64,000 nt of DNA from Klebsiella phage KP13-16. Positions 33,456-44,650 of this stretch are shown one piece after another (the first letter of the stretch is position 1; every line of letters begins with the position of its first letter). The position numbers were made by a program, and so were the translations under genes. Under the pieces are notes generated by a model. It saw nothing but the letters and a program-made list of their open reading frames with translations. It did no database searches and was not told where the DNA came from. The stretch is taken from sequence record OP617741.1; one strand, written 5' to 3'.

Positions 33456-34823
33456 ATGGCAACTTTAATTGATAAAGTTATTGACGTAACACTAGTCTTC
33501 GGTTCAGCAGTAATTGAAACTGCTGTATTCGATATTGCACTGATCCTGGCAGCACACAACGTCACTGAAAATACTGTTGATGTTTATACTTCAACTGATG
33601 CAATGCTTCAAGCAGGTTTTGCTAGTGACTCCCCAACATACCAAATGGCATCTTTAATGTTCCAGGGTGTTGGTGCTCCAGATCAGATCGTCATCGGACG
33701 TAGACAACTAGAAAATTATACTATCACTCCAACTGCTGTAGCAAATGCTATTTACACAGTTACTTTAAAACATGGCTCAGTATCTAAAGCATTCCAGTTT
33801 GTGGCGACTTCTTCACCAACAGTAACAGAAATTGCAACTGGACTGCAAACTTTAATTAGTGCAGATACTACATGGAATACCAGAGTAACAGCATCTGTAA
33901 CTGGAAACAATCTGGTACTTACCCCTGTAGAAGGTGAAGCATTAGATGTATCTGTAGGGACTAATTTAGTTCAGGTACGTAATGTAAGTTCAGATATTCT
34001 GGAAGATATTACTGCTGTTGCAGACGTGAATAATACTTGGTTCTGGATGGTTTCTGATAGTCATGTACCAGCAGATGTTATGAATCTTGCAGGTTATGCC
34101 CAAGAGCATGATAAGATTTATTGGACAAGTTCACAAGATACCGCTGTAGTCAACGCAGAAGATGGCAACATTCTTCAAGAACTGATGCTCTCAGGTTATC
34201 GTAATACTGGTTTTGCAATGTGGCGTACAGATGCAGATACTACATTCCCAGAAGCTGCTGTTGTAGGTGCTATTGCTGCTGCTGATCCTGGTACTACTAC
34301 CCTACATGGTAAAACCCTAATTGGTCTTGCAGTACAGAAACTAACAACTACACAAGAAACAAATATCGTAGCTCAGAATGGTAACATCTATCGTCGTGAA
34401 TATGGACAGAACTTCTATCGTGATGGTAGAATGGTCGATGGTAACTTCTGTGATACAATTCACCATGCATTGTGGGCTAAAGCTCGTGTAGCTGAAAGCC
34501 TGTTTGCACTGCTTAAACGCCGTTCTGATCTGTTATCTGGAGTAAGATTTACTTCTGTAGGTCTGGGTCAAGTTCGTCAAGCTATTTGGGATAATCCTCT
34601 TAATCAGGGTATTTTAAATGGATCTATTGCGAATGAAATCAACGTCTCTACTGAAACAGGTATGAGAGAAGATTTAAGACCTACTGTCTATGTCCCTAAT
34701 AGAGCAGATATTCCTACGAATGACATTGCACAACGTGTTCTGAATGGTGTTGTGGTTGAATATGTTTATGCTGGTTTCATTCACTACATCAAAGTTCAGG
34801 TAAACGTTCTGGTTGACCGTTAA
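33456..34823 (+). CDS. tail sheath protein (putative)
   Basis: 455 aa, followed by about 155-aa tube-sized gene, two small chaperone-sized genes and tape measure: canonical myovirus order. Confidence 0.5.
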   Translation: MATLIDKVIDVTLVFGSAVIETAVFDIALILAAHNVTENTVDVYTSTDAMLQAGFASDSPTYQMASLMFQGVGAPDQIVIGRRQLENYTITPTAVANAIYTVTLKHGSVSKAFQFVATSSPTVTEIATGLQTLISADTTWNTRVTASVTGNNLVLTPVEGEALDVSVGTNLVQVRNVSSDILEDITAVADVNNTWFWMVSDSHVPADVMNLAGYAQEHDKIYWTSSQDTAVVNAEDGNILQELMLSGYRNTGFAMWRTDADTTFPEAAVVGAIAAADPGTTTLHGKTLIGLAVQKLTTTQETNIVAQNGNIYRREYGQNFYRDGRMVDGNFCDTIHHALWAKARVAESLFALLKRRSDLLSGVRFTSVGLGQVRQAIWDNPLNQGILNGSIANEINVSTETGMREDLRPTVYVPNRADIPTNDIAQRVLNGVVVEYVYAGFIHYIKVQVNVLVDR

Positions 34824-34865
34824 TTATAAAGGGGAGTAAAGCTCCCCATATTACTGGAGAATATA

Positions 34866-35333
34866 ATGGATCAAATGCTAACAGGTCTAATGGCCTACGA
34901 TCCTTCAGAAGTTACGTTACTTCTGGGTGGTTGGGCACCTTATGGTTTTGCTACAGATACTAAAATCACTATTACTAAGACCAGTGATATCATTGTTCCT
35001 TATTCAGGGACAGATGGTGACGTATCTCTTGCCCTGCAAAGAAATAAACTAGGAACTCTTACTCTATCACTGCAAGCAACGTCTAGTGCTAATGATGTTA
35101 TTACAGCGTATCATGAGCAGATGTATTTAACAAGAGAAGTTGCTTTCCCTGTGTATATGGAAGACCCCCGTGGTTTTATTATTAATACAATTGGCTGGAT
35201 TCAAAGTCAAGGTGAAAATACAATCGGTTCAGAAGTTACTTCTGTAGATTGGGTGATTGGACTTAAAGATTGTAGTCTTGTAAGAGGAACTACTGCAATT
35301 TCTCTGAACTCTATCCAAGGTATTACTGTTTAA
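34866..35333 (+). CDS. tail tube protein (putative)
   Basis: 155 aa, after sheath gene. Confidence 0.45.
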   Translation: MDQMLTGLMAYDPSEVTLLLGGWAPYGFATDTKITITKTSDIIVPYSGTDGDVSLALQRNKLGTLTLSLQATSSANDVITAYHEQMYLTREVAFPVYMEDPRGFIINTIGWIQSQGENTIGSEVTSVDWVIGLKDCSLVRGTTAISLNSIQGITV

Positions 35334-35385
35334 GTTGTTTTAAAATAAAAATATTTATGTTATAATAAAAGCACGGCACAATGTC

Positions 35386-35901
35386 GTGCTTTATTTTTAT
35401 GGAGATAATATGCAAAGTATTCAAGGTATGCAACAGCAATCTACAATGAAAAGATTAGCTGCACCAGAGACAACGTTTACTGCTGAGTGTATTAGCGGTG
35501 AAAAAATGAATTTCAGGATTATCCACTGGAGTCCAACTAAAACTTTTTCAAGAATTTCTAAAATCGGTAAGTATTTTGCTGTACCTGTTTCTATGATGGT
35601 CGATACAAAGCCAGGAGAAGCTAGCTTTTCTGAAGCCCTTCCTGCTGCTCTGTTACAGCTATTTAATACAATGGATGAAGATGATCTTCTTCAATTCATT
35701 GCTCTGTTGTTAGATGAAGTTTATTATGAGAATACAAGTGTTCTTGAAAACTTTGATACTCTTTTTATGGGTAAAAACGAGGTTATTTTACAACTAATGG
35801 CTAAAGTTGTTGAGATAAACTACTCCCCTTTTTTCAAGACAGGTTTCGGAAAACTTATTCGCTCGATCATTCCAGTGGTGGGTCTGAGCAAAGCCGAGTA
35901 A
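35386..35901 (+). CDS. tail assembly chaperone (putative)
   Basis: 171 aa upstream of tape measure; probable true start ATG 35410 (MQSIQGM, RBS GGAGAT). Confidence 0.35.
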   Translation: MLYFYGDNMQSIQGMQQQSTMKRLAAPETTFTAECISGEKMNFRIIHWSPTKTFSRISKIGKYFAVPVSMMVDTKPGEASFSEALPAALLQLFNTMDEDDLLQFIALLLDEVYYENTSVLENFDTLFMGKNEVILQLMAKVVEINYSPFFKTGFGKLIRSIIPVVGLSKAE

Positions 35902-35921
35902 ACCCTAGCATCAAAAGAGCC

Positions 35922-36143
35922 ATGGATGTTGCTAGGAAAAGTTCGTCTTTAACTTGGTATGATTATATGTTTTTTAAAGTAGTATCAGAGACATCAGAAA
36001 CGAGATACTCTTTAGATCAATATGGTATTGACTATTTCTTACAACTTCATGAAGCAATTGCACTTAAAGAGTATATAAGAGATCTTGAATATAGAGATAT
36101 TGAGGTTAAAAGACTTTCTGAGAAAAATAAACCTAAAATATAA
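35922..36143 (+). CDS. tail assembly chaperone 2 (putative)
   Basis: 73 aa, immediately upstream of tape measure. Confidence 0.3.
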   Translation: MDVARKSSSLTWYDYMFFKVVSETSETRYSLDQYGIDYFLQLHEAIALKEYIRDLEYRDIEVKRLSEKNKPKI

Positions 36144-36154
36144 CAGGAGTTATT

Positions 36155-38098
36155 ATGGCTACTAAGGTAGAAGCCGCAACACTTGTCAACAGGATTGTCT
36201 ATAAAACAGACACCAAGAGTTTGAAAGCTGTCAGAAATGACATGAAAAAGCTTCAACAAGAGTTTTCTAAAACTGCTTCTAATGCCATAGCATCTCCTGT
36301 AGCTGCGAGAGCAACCGTAAGAAATGCTAAAAAAATAGCAACCCAAGTTATGGATGCTCATATAAAAGCTATGGAAGATGTTGCAAAGCTTAGAAGTAAA
36401 CAAGCGGCAAAAAATGTTCAAAACTCATATAATAAAATACTTGGTGTAAATAAGACACCTGGGAAATCTGCAAGAGATAGTGCTAACGTTTTTAAAAAAG
36501 CTTTTGCAGAAGATAACGAAAGGGTAAAAAGACAAAATGCTGAAATGGCAAGATATACTAGGGATATGCTTGATCAGCAAAAAAACGTAGATAAAATTCG
36601 TGAAAGGATCGCAAGAGAAGCTTTGCTTGCAAGAAGAAATCAAGAAAAACGAGATAGTAAATCTGGCTTAAGAAGTAATCAATTAGCTTTTGAAGTGAGT
36701 AGATTAAATCTTGGTGCTAAAGAAGCTAGACAATTCTCAAGAGAACTAGAGAACTTAAACAGAAGATATCGTTCTGGTAAAATAGAATTAGATCAATATA
36801 GAGAAAGCACAAGACAGCTTTTAAGAAGCACAAGAGATCTTTCAAAAGAGCATATGACTCTCAGAGAGAGGATTGGTGACTTAAGAAAAGGTGGATCAGG
36901 TGGTCTAGGCTTCGGCGGTGCTATTGCAGGGGCTGGATTAATAGGTGCAGGTGCATTAGGTTACATGGGCTACTCTCGTGCCGTCATGGCTCTCCAGAGC
37001 GCCGTATTGCAATCTAGAGGGTTAAGTCGTGTTAGCTCTATGGGTATCATGCCTGAAGAGACCCAAGCTTTGCAACTTGCAGCCCTAAGATCAACAGGAT
37101 TCGATCTATCTTTCGAGAAAATTTCTGATATTTCTAAAGACGTGCAGGATAAAATTGGTCAGTTAAGCCTTGGTGAATGGAAACAAAATAAGAAAACTGG
37201 GGATTGGTCTTTTAGCGGTGGTGGTGAAATGGCTGACTGGTTAAAGATCATGACTGAACGTGGTGGTTTTAGCCGTGAAGGTGCACTGGCAACACTAAGA
37301 AGCGTAAAAGGCCCAGTTGAACTGGCAGTCTTACTTGAAGGTTTACGTAAAAGTGCGAAACTTACAGATTCTGAATTTACTGCGTTAGCAGAAGCAATAA
37401 ATGACTTCTCTTATATTGCTAAATCTGTTGGTAGAGATGGTGAAAATGTTGTTGCAACTCTTAATGAACTAACAGACGCAGGTTTGCTTTATACCAAAGT
37501 TCAACGGGATAATTTGAAAGATCTTTCGGATATGTCTGCAACCTTTAGTAAAACAGCAGATTTTATGGAAGGTCAATTTGGTGCTGCGTTTGTTCAAGGC
37601 TTGAAAGATGCAGGTATAAATAGCAACAATCTTTCAAAAGAATTGTCAGGTTTCGTTCCTGTTATTCAAGCTTTAGGTAAAGTCACAGGTGATTTAACTG
37701 GTTCATTAATCAAGCTTGGTGGGGCTATTAATAGTCTTTTAGACTGGAGAAAGAACTTCCAAGCTTCTTTAGGCATTACTCAAAGTGATTTGCCTTTAGC
37801 TGTGATTGACCCTACTTCTATGAGTCTATCTGATCAGTTAACATACCTTTGGGATAACTGGTTCTCAAGTGGTTCTAACGCACCAAGTGCTATGTATGCA
37901 AATCAGAATAACTTTGGTGGGAATAATCCATTTAACCTTCCACAGTATAATTTAAATATTACACCAGCACCTGTGGTAGTTCAAGTAGAACCTTCTGAAG
38001 AATTTGGCAACCTGATTGATGCACGTGCTGACCAAAGAATTGAGTGGGCATTCGATGATCAGAACTTCCAAATTAATCAAAGTATTTTAGGGGAATAG
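36155..38098 (+). CDS. tail tape measure protein
   Basis: 647 aa; helical, R/K/E-rich N-half, glycine-rich segment GGSGGLGFGGAIAGAGLIGAGALGY typical of tape measure proteins. Confidence 0.6.
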   Translation: MATKVEAATLVNRIVYKTDTKSLKAVRNDMKKLQQEFSKTASNAIASPVAARATVRNAKKIATQVMDAHIKAMEDVAKLRSKQAAKNVQNSYNKILGVNKTPGKSARDSANVFKKAFAEDNERVKRQNAEMARYTRDMLDQQKNVDKIRERIAREALLARRNQEKRDSKSGLRSNQLAFEVSRLNLGAKEARQFSRELENLNRRYRSGKIELDQYRESTRQLLRSTRDLSKEHMTLRERIGDLRKGGSGGLGFGGAIAGAGLIGAGALGYMGYSRAVMALQSAVLQSRGLSRVSSMGIMPEETQALQLAALRSTGFDLSFEKISDISKDVQDKIGQLSLGEWKQNKKTGDWSFSGGGEMADWLKIMTERGGFSREGALATLRSVKGPVELAVLLEGLRKSAKLTDSEFTALAEAINDFSYIAKSVGRDGENVVATLNELTDAGLLYTKVQRDNLKDLSDMSATFSKTADFMEGQFGAAFVQGLKDAGINSNNLSKELSGFVPVIQALGKVTGDLTGSLIKLGGAINSLLDWRKNFQASLGITQSDLPLAVIDPTSMSLSDQLTYLWDNWFSSGSNAPSAMYANQNNFGGNNPFNLPQYNLNITPAPVVVQVEPSEEFGNLIDARADQRIEWAFDDQNFQINQSILGE

Positions 38099-38102
38099 TA
38101 AA

Positions 38103-38804
38103 ATGGCAACTAAATCTACAGTGTCAAATACCTCTGGGAGTACTTCTCAGGAGGGAAATACTGTAACATATTTATTTCTTGCCTCTCGACTGTTTACTGC
38201 CAAGGAAGGTGGTAATATAAAAACTGATGAGCAAGGAAATAAAACACAGAGTGATCAGCAAAAAATAATTGCACTAGATGTTACAACAAAGTTCAATACT
38301 AAGTGGGAAGGTGATTTAACAAAGTATCCTGTGTCTCAAGGTTCAGATATTACTGATCACATTACCATAAGAAATAATAAATTTACACTAGAGGGTGTTA
38401 TTTCAAATACTCCTTTCGAAACTCATGATGGAGAGTATTTCAGTACTTACGGGACAGGCACACAAAGAACTAAGGCTGCTGTAGACTATCTTGAAGAATT
38501 CTTTAAAAATAAAACATTATTTACCTTGTATAGTGAGTTTCAAAAGATAGATAATTGTATTATCACTGGTATAGAATTTGATCAAGAAGCACAGGAGGCT
38601 ATTAATTTTAAAATAGCCATAGAACAAACTCGTTTAGCTTTTGCTAAACAGGTAACTTTAAATGTTTCAAAAAGTACTAAGAAGAGTGTGGCATCTAATA
38701 CTAATAGTGGTGGTTCTGCAAAATCTGAAGCTGCTGTTGCAGCACAGGATAAGTATAAAACTGAAAGAGATGCAGCAATAAAAAGAAATGAGGCAAATAA
38801 TTAG
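38103..38804 (+). CDS. tail protein (post-tape-measure, DNA-circulation/gpN-like position)
   Basis: 233 aa. Confidence 0.3.
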   Translation: MATKSTVSNTSGSTSQEGNTVTYLFLASRLFTAKEGGNIKTDEQGNKTQSDQQKIIALDVTTKFNTKWEGDLTKYPVSQGSDITDHITIRNNKFTLEGVISNTPFETHDGEYFSTYGTGTQRTKAAVDYLEEFFKNKTLFTLYSEFQKIDNCIITGIEFDQEAQEAINFKIAIEQTRLAFAKQVTLNVSKSTKKSVASNTNSGGSAKSEAAVAAQDKYKTERDAAIKRNEANN

Positions 38805-38812
38805 CTGGAGGT

Positions 38813-39154
38813 GTGATGTCAGTTTGGTATCTAAAAAGTGGAGAAGATGTTGATGTCACTTATACTGTTGTGCTGGAAGGTAACACTTACGATCTAAGAT
38901 TAAAATGGATTGATAGAGATGAATCTTGGCAAGCATATATAGGTATTACAGGTGAAGATCCTTCTGCTTCATTTAAAATAACTAATGGATTTGATTTATT
39001 AAGACCATATAAATATATGGATGGTGTACCTAATGGATCTCTTTATGCCATAGACCTTGTAGCTATATGGGGAAGAGTAGACTACGATAATTTTGGTATT
39101 GATAAGAGATATAGATTAGTTTACTTTGATTCAACAGAAACTGTAACATTATGA
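38813..39154 (+). CDS. tail/baseplate protein
   Basis: 113 aa. Confidence 0.3.
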   Translation: MMSVWYLKSGEDVDVTYTVVLEGNTYDLRLKWIDRDESWQAYIGITGEDPSASFKITNGFDLLRPYKYMDGVPNGSLYAIDLVAIWGRVDYDNFGIDKRYRLVYFDSTETVTL

Positions 39155-39163
39155 GGAACTTAA

Positions 39164-40129
39164 ATGGAAAATTATAGATTTCTTCATCAGTACAGGTTAA
39201 GATTTGGTACTGGTGTACCTTTATCACAAAATTTATCCACAAATTCTTCCTTCACAGTGCCTGTTGATTTAGATAAAAATATTCAGGATTCTAAAGGAAG
39301 AACAAATGCTTATGAGTTGACAACTCATCAAATTTCCTTTACAATAAAGAAAGATAATAATAAAGAGCCTAATAGTACTGAGATAACAATATTTAACTTA
39401 GATGATAACCTTGTAAACTATATTAAAACTAATATTGAAAACTATTTAGTTCTAATTTTAGAAGCTGGCTGGGTTGGAGAAGTTAAAACTGTCTTTAAAG
39501 GTACTGTTGCAAAAATAATTGATAAATGGGAAAGGGAAACAAGACAAACTACACTTAAATGTGCAGATGGTGCTGTGAATGTAAAAGAGGCACTAACGTC
39601 AAGGACGTACCCTGCTGGGACAACATATGATCAGATCTTTAATGACCTAGCAAAAGATTTAGGAACTCCTGTAGGTAGAATTGAAATAGACTCTTCTGTG
39701 CCTACAACTACAACGCCTGTTTCTTTTGTAGGTGGAACATCTAATCAATTAGGAAATCTTGCCAGTGGGATTAACCACTCTTATTCAATTCAAGACGGCT
39801 CTATTTATGTGTTACCTAATAATAAAAGATTAACTCAGCAATCTGCGTATTTGTCAGATGAGACGGGACTCAAACAGGGACCAGAGCCATTAAGTCAGAG
39901 TGAGAAAAAATCTAAAAAGAATAAAACACCTGCAAACGGTATATCTTTGGAGTGTCAACTTGATGGTGCTATTATTCCTGATTCTACAATTTATGTCAAG
40001 GCCCGGGGCTATGACGGTGCATTTAGAGTCACAAAAGTTACTCATAAAGGAAGTTATGAAGAGTCTGAGTGGACAACCCGTGTAGAAGCAGTTCCAATAG
40101 ATGCTACTATATCAAAACAGGGGGCTTAA
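39164..40129 (+). CDS. baseplate hub-like protein
   Basis: 321 aa, positional. Confidence 0.35.
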   Translation: MENYRFLHQYRLRFGTGVPLSQNLSTNSSFTVPVDLDKNIQDSKGRTNAYELTTHQISFTIKKDNNKEPNSTEITIFNLDDNLVNYIKTNIENYLVLILEAGWVGEVKTVFKGTVAKIIDKWERETRQTTLKCADGAVNVKEALTSRTYPAGTTYDQIFNDLAKDLGTPVGRIEIDSSVPTTTTPVSFVGGTSNQLGNLASGINHSYSIQDGSIYVLPNNKRLTQQSAYLSDETGLKQGPEPLSQSEKKSKKNKTPANGISLECQLDGAIIPDSTIYVKARGYDGAFRVTKVTHKGSYEESEWTTRVEAVPIDATISKQGA

Positions 40130-40783
40130 GTGAATCCAGATAGATTTACAACAACATTAGGAGATCTGGTCACAAGTAAACTGGCAGATGTCCATACAGC
40201 AGTTCCGGCGAGATTAACCTCTATTAACTATGGCTTAGGGAAAGGATCTGCACAACCACTTGTGAAAACTGCCATAGGTACAAGTAAAACAATACCCTAT
40301 CCAGAATTGTTAGATATTCCTATTGTAGTACAATCTGGTAATGGTGGTAAAGCAAAAATTACTTTCCCTATTAAACCGGGTGATACAGTGTTAGTGGTCT
40401 TCTCTGAAAGAGACCCATCTAACTTCCTTTCTGGAAATAATGGTGACAATTTAAGTGAACCTGCTCAGAGAACTTATTTAGGTTTATATCCTATTGCGAT
40501 TATACCATGTTTATCTGCTGGAAATAGTTCAACAGAAATAGATAGTGAAAATTTGGTCATTGCTAATGATCAATCTAAATTTACCTTATATCCAGATGGA
40601 ACAATTATTATTGAAAATTCTGGGGGGAAAATTGAAATGGGTTCGGATGGAACTATTAACTTAAATGGTTTAAAAATATCTCCTACTGGACAATTAACAC
40701 TTGTAGATGGTTCTGTTGTTGATAAACATACCCATGGTGGTGTTGAGAGTGGTGGAAGCAGTACTAATCCACTTGGGAGTTAA
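40130..40783 (+). CDS. baseplate spike/gpV-like protein
   Basis: 217 aa, GTG start abutting previous stop; Gly-rich C-terminus. Confidence 0.35.
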   Translation: MNPDRFTTTLGDLVTSKLADVHTAVPARLTSINYGLGKGSAQPLVKTAIGTSKTIPYPELLDIPIVVQSGNGGKAKITFPIKPGDTVLVVFSERDPSNFLSGNNGDNLSEPAQRTYLGLYPIAIIPCLSAGNSSTEIDSENLVIANDQSKFTLYPDGTIIIENSGGKIEMGSDGTINLNGLKISPTGQLTLVDGSVVDKHTHGGVESGGSSTNPLGS

Positions 40784-40785
40784 TT

Positions 40786-41310
40786 ATGAGTTTTGATTTT
40801 AAACTTGATAAGGATACAAATGATCTTATTTTTGTGGATCAAGATTTAACTTTTACATCTAAGAAAGACGAAGAGTTAGGTCAAAGATTGAAAATAAGAC
40901 TTAATACTTTTGAAACTGAGTGGTTTATAAACCAAGATTATGGGATACCCTATCAACAAGAGATTATAGGTAAAGCCCGTAATAAAAAAGATGTAGATAC
41001 AATTTTTCTTAATGAAATTAGACAAGAAGAAGGAGTTAACTCTATTGATTCCTTCTCATCTACATGGGATAGACAATTAAGAATTTATGATCTAAAAGTT
41101 TCTGTAGTAACAGACGATGGTGTTATTTTTGTTGATGCAGAAATTTCTCCACAGGCTGAATGGGAATACCCAGATTTTGGTGATGATAACCCTCATATTG
41201 ATTGTGGATTAGGGGATCAAATAACTTATGTGAATAAACTATACGAGTTTATTAATTTTAATGGTCTACCTATAAACACTTATGCAACTTGGTGGAATAA
41301 CTGGGGATAG
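40786..41310 (+). CDS. baseplate wedge (gp25/gpW-like) protein
   Basis: 174 aa, positional. Confidence 0.3.
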   Translation: MSFDFKLDKDTNDLIFVDQDLTFTSKKDEELGQRLKIRLNTFETEWFINQDYGIPYQQEIIGKARNKKDVDTIFLNEIRQEEGVNSIDSFSSTWDRQLRIYDLKVSVVTDDGVIFVDAEISPQAEWEYPDFGDDNPHIDCGLGDQITYVNKLYEFINFNGLPINTYATWWNNWG

Positions 41311-41316
41311 TTAGAG

Positions 41317-41604
41317 GTGCAAATGATAAATTTTTTAAAATCTTTTTTATTTGCCTTTAGACCTGGTGGGCAATATTCACATACAAGGTTTTGGAGTAAT
41401 GTTGGCTTTCTATCTATGACCTCAGTATTCATTTACTTTGGTTTTTTCATAGGATTACCTGAATGGTATGCATGGATTTATGCATGTATCGTAGTTACCC
41501 CTAATCTTGCAAGTAAATTAATGAAGTATCGTTACGGAGATTTTAATCAAACTGAAGACGATCAAGAGCCTAGACCTAAAGGTAAGGACGTAAATAATGA
41601 GTGA
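41317..41604 (+). CDS. small membrane protein
   Basis: 95 aa with two hydrophobic helices. Confidence 0.25.
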   Translation: MQMINFLKSFLFAFRPGGQYSHTRFWSNVGFLSMTSVFIYFGFFIGLPEWYAWIYACIVVTPNLASKLMKYRYGDFNQTEDDQEPRPKGKDVNNE

Positions 41605-43081
41605 CTTTGGATTAAAGGATTTCGGTTTCATAATGCCTTCTTATGATGACTGGAGATCTGCATATTATGAAAACGCAAGGGCAACATTTGGTAGTGATGT
41701 AAATATCGGAGACTCTTCTGTTATAGGACAGTTTCTGAGTATCTTTGCATTTCAGGATATCTACACTTGGCAAGGATTGCAAGCTGTTTATAATAGCCAA
41801 ACTTTGAATGGTGCAGAAGGTATTTATCTGGATGAAATCCTCTCAAGACGTGGTGTATTTAGAAAGACAAGCGCAGCCGGGAATGGTTATGCATTTATTA
41901 AGACAAATAATACTGCACTATGGACGACAAGTATTCCGCTGTCAACATCTTTTAGATCATCTAGTGGTCAAACATACCAAGTGTCTATAGAAACAGCATT
42001 ACGAGATCGTATTGCTGCTTACACTGTTACTAAATCTCAATTGACTTCTGCTGGGTCATCTATTACATTTTATATTACAAATGTAGTTAGTGGAGCCTTG
42101 AATACTGCAACTTTTGCAACAAACTCTTCAACATTGATGACAGATCTGGCAACTTTTATATCTTCTAACGTTGCATCATCTGAGACCAGTAAAGTTTTTG
42201 TTCAGAATAATACTTTATATGTAGGATTTAATAGTACAGATTTAACCAATCCTGTTGGTTTAAATTCTTCTGTTAAATTCTATGCAACAGTTAACGTAGG
42301 AACTAAGTGGAGTCTTATTCCTGTAACAGCAACTGAGACTGGGGTTTATGATGTCTTTCCTGGTGGGATTGTTAGTATAACACCTTCCATTACAGGGCAA
42401 CTTGCTGTAGGTAACTTTACTGAGTTTTATCCTGGTCGTGATGTTGAGACAGACGCAGAGTATCGAGCAAGATTCAATGATGTTATTGATGAATCAAATG
42501 CTGCAACAAGACCTGCAATTTATAAAGCTATCTCTGATTTAGATGGTGTTGAAAAAGTTAGAATCTATGATAATCCAACTATTAATGATACACCAGAGGC
42601 TCCAGCATTTACATTTAACACAGTAGTACTAGGTGGAGATCCTCAAGAAATTGCAACTACGTTATATAATAAAAAACCTATTAACACTCTGACATCAGGT
42701 ACTGTGAGTTATAATCAAGCGCTTCCAGATGGTGGTATTGAAGTTATAAAATATACTCCTGCTACTGAAACTGAATATAGTCTCAGAGTAAGATATAGAA
42801 CAGTAGATGACTCTCCATTGACACCAGAAGAGCAGACAGTTATTCAAAATAACTTTGTTAATCTGGCTTCATCTTTTGAGATTGGGACAACCATATTTAA
42901 CGTTCAACTTCAAAGTGTTGTTTTTAGTTCTATTACTTTCGGGAGATTGAGTTACTTAGAAGTTCAAACTAAAAAAGCATCTGATCCTGATTCAAGTTTC
43001 TCTACTTCAGACATTACTCCAGCGTTTTCTGAAATTGCAGCCATCTCTACAGAAAATGTTTCGTTTGAACAAGTGATTTAA
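41597..43081 (+). CDS. baseplate J-like protein
   Basis: 494 aa, positional. Confidence 0.4.
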   Translation: MSDFGLKDFGFIMPSYDDWRSAYYENARATFGSDVNIGDSSVIGQFLSIFAFQDIYTWQGLQAVYNSQTLNGAEGIYLDEILSRRGVFRKTSAAGNGYAFIKTNNTALWTTSIPLSTSFRSSSGQTYQVSIETALRDRIAAYTVTKSQLTSAGSSITFYITNVVSGALNTATFATNSSTLMTDLATFISSNVASSETSKVFVQNNTLYVGFNSTDLTNPVGLNSSVKFYATVNVGTKWSLIPVTATETGVYDVFPGGIVSITPSITGQLAVGNFTEFYPGRDVETDAEYRARFNDVIDESNAATRPAIYKAISDLDGVEKVRIYDNPTINDTPEAPAFTFNTVVLGGDPQEIATTLYNKKPINTLTSGTVSYNQALPDGGIEVIKYTPATETEYSLRVRYRTVDDSPLTPEEQTVIQNNFVNLASSFEIGTTIFNVQLQSVVFSSITFGRLSYLEVQTKKASDPDSSFSTSDITPAFSEIAAISTENVSFEQVI

Positions 43082-43090
43082 GGAGGTCAC

Positions 43091-43714
43091 ATGGCTAACA
43101 GTGTTGACCATATCCAATATAATCCTGATTATGTAAAAGATACCTTTGATTTACTTTTAGAACAGTTTAAAGGATCTGATAATCTTGTCAAGCTTTTACA
43201 AGTTATTGCTAGTATGAAAAAGCAAATAGATGACGAAGTTATCTTTTTGGGTAAACATAGAACCATAGACACAGGAACAGGGATTGTTCTTGATAATATT
43301 GGGGAAGAACTAGGGGTTCCTAGAAATGGGGCTTCTGATGATGACTACAGGAATATACTAAAAATAAGATCTTATAGAACTAAAACTTCTGGAACTATGC
43401 CAGAAATTATAGACCTTTTAGTTAGGTTTACCGGAGTAGATGCACAAAGCATAAATATTTATATTGGTAGTCAAAAATCTTTTGATATTGCATTTTATGA
43501 AGGATGTTTAAATGCAGAAAAGGCAGAAGAGGAATTAACAGAGATTTTCCCAATTCTTAGTAGTTACAGACTTCTATTGAAATCAGGGACACCTTTGGGT
43601 TTTGGATCAGTCTATGATGATACACCTTCGGATGTTTTCCAAGGATTTGGTTCTGTATTTGATGAGAATTCATATGGTGGGCATTTACCTTCACTATTAA
43701 CCGCCACACCTTAA
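43091..43714 (+). CDS. baseplate/tail-fibre attachment protein (gpI-like position)
   Basis: 207 aa. Confidence 0.3.
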   Translation: MANSVDHIQYNPDYVKDTFDLLLEQFKGSDNLVKLLQVIASMKKQIDDEVIFLGKHRTIDTGTGIVLDNIGEELGVPRNGASDDDYRNILKIRSYRTKTSGTMPEIIDLLVRFTGVDAQSINIYIGSQKSFDIAFYEGCLNAEKAEEELTEIFPILSSYRLLLKSGTPLGFGSVYDDTPSDVFQGFGSVFDENSYGGHLPSLLTATP

Positions 43715-43726
43715 AAAGGAGATATA

Positions 43727-44644
43727 ATGGCACAACCTACATACTATCCTGATTGGGCTACAGAAGATACTACATTGCCTTCTACAGGACAAACAAATAA
43801 GGTTAGACCTAAGAATAGCCTTTTAACTATTGGCTGGGATAAAGGTCAAATCCCTAGTGCAGAAGAGTTCAACTGGGAACTAAATAATCTTGGTCAATGG
43901 ATTAGATACTTAAATGATGAAGTTATCGCAGGACTTCCTGATGTGTACTTACCTAAAAATGGTACGCAATTAACCTTTGAAGGAGATATTTCAGGAACTG
44001 CTACTTGGAATGGTGACGCTGTTACTTCTGTGACTCTATCCTCTGCAACCTTAAATGCAGCAACTTATAACCCTACTCCAAATACTCTTGTAAAAAGAGA
44101 TAGTGGTGGTGGATTTGGAGCACTACAAAACTTTTATGGATATGCTCCAGCAGGTCAAAATTTTGACTATAGAATTTATGACCAAGCCGCAAGTAATGTT
44201 CAAAAAGCATCCTTTGCTTGGGATAGATCAGCAGATGTCGTTACTTTATATAGAGGGACTCCTACAGCAAAAACATCTGAAATTGTTCTATATGTAGGTA
44301 GAGTAGAATTAACTTCTCCTCGATCAAGAAGTACACAAGGTACAGATAATGCAGACCTTACAAGAAAAGATTATGTTGATGGTATAAAAAATACCCTACA
44401 AACTAATATTGATATGGTAGCAAATGACTTAAGTAACTTTATTACTACAGCAAACAACACTTATGTTAAAGCTATTAGATTAGGTACAAGAGGTACAATA
44501 GGTGTTTCAGGTTCCTTACAAGATGCCCCTGACGGAAACGTACTTGTTGGTGGTGGTGATTTCGGTGCAGATGATGGTTCTTATGCTTATCGTTTACTAC
44601 AATATCAAATTAATGGAACTTGGTACACAGCTAGTGTAACGTGA
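43727..44644 (+). CDS. tail fibre protein (putative)
   Basis: 305 aa, Gly/Thr-rich. Confidence 0.35.
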   Translation: MAQPTYYPDWATEDTTLPSTGQTNKVRPKNSLLTIGWDKGQIPSAEEFNWELNNLGQWIRYLNDEVIAGLPDVYLPKNGTQLTFEGDISGTATWNGDAVTSVTLSSATLNAATYNPTPNTLVKRDSGGGFGALQNFYGYAPAGQNFDYRIYDQAASNVQKASFAWDRSADVVTLYRGTPTAKTSEIVLYVGRVELTSPRSRSTQGTDNADLTRKDYVDGIKNTLQTNIDMVANDLSNFITTANNTYVKAIRLGTRGTIGVSGSLQDAPDGNVLVGGGDFGADDGSYAYRLLQYQINGTWYTASVT

Positions 44645-44650
44645 GGATAA

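Noticed and set aside
35386-36143. Programmed -1 frameshift between the two tail assembly chaperone ORFs
   Set aside because: The two ORFs do not overlap (stop at 35901, next start 35922) and no slippery heptamer is evident at the junction.
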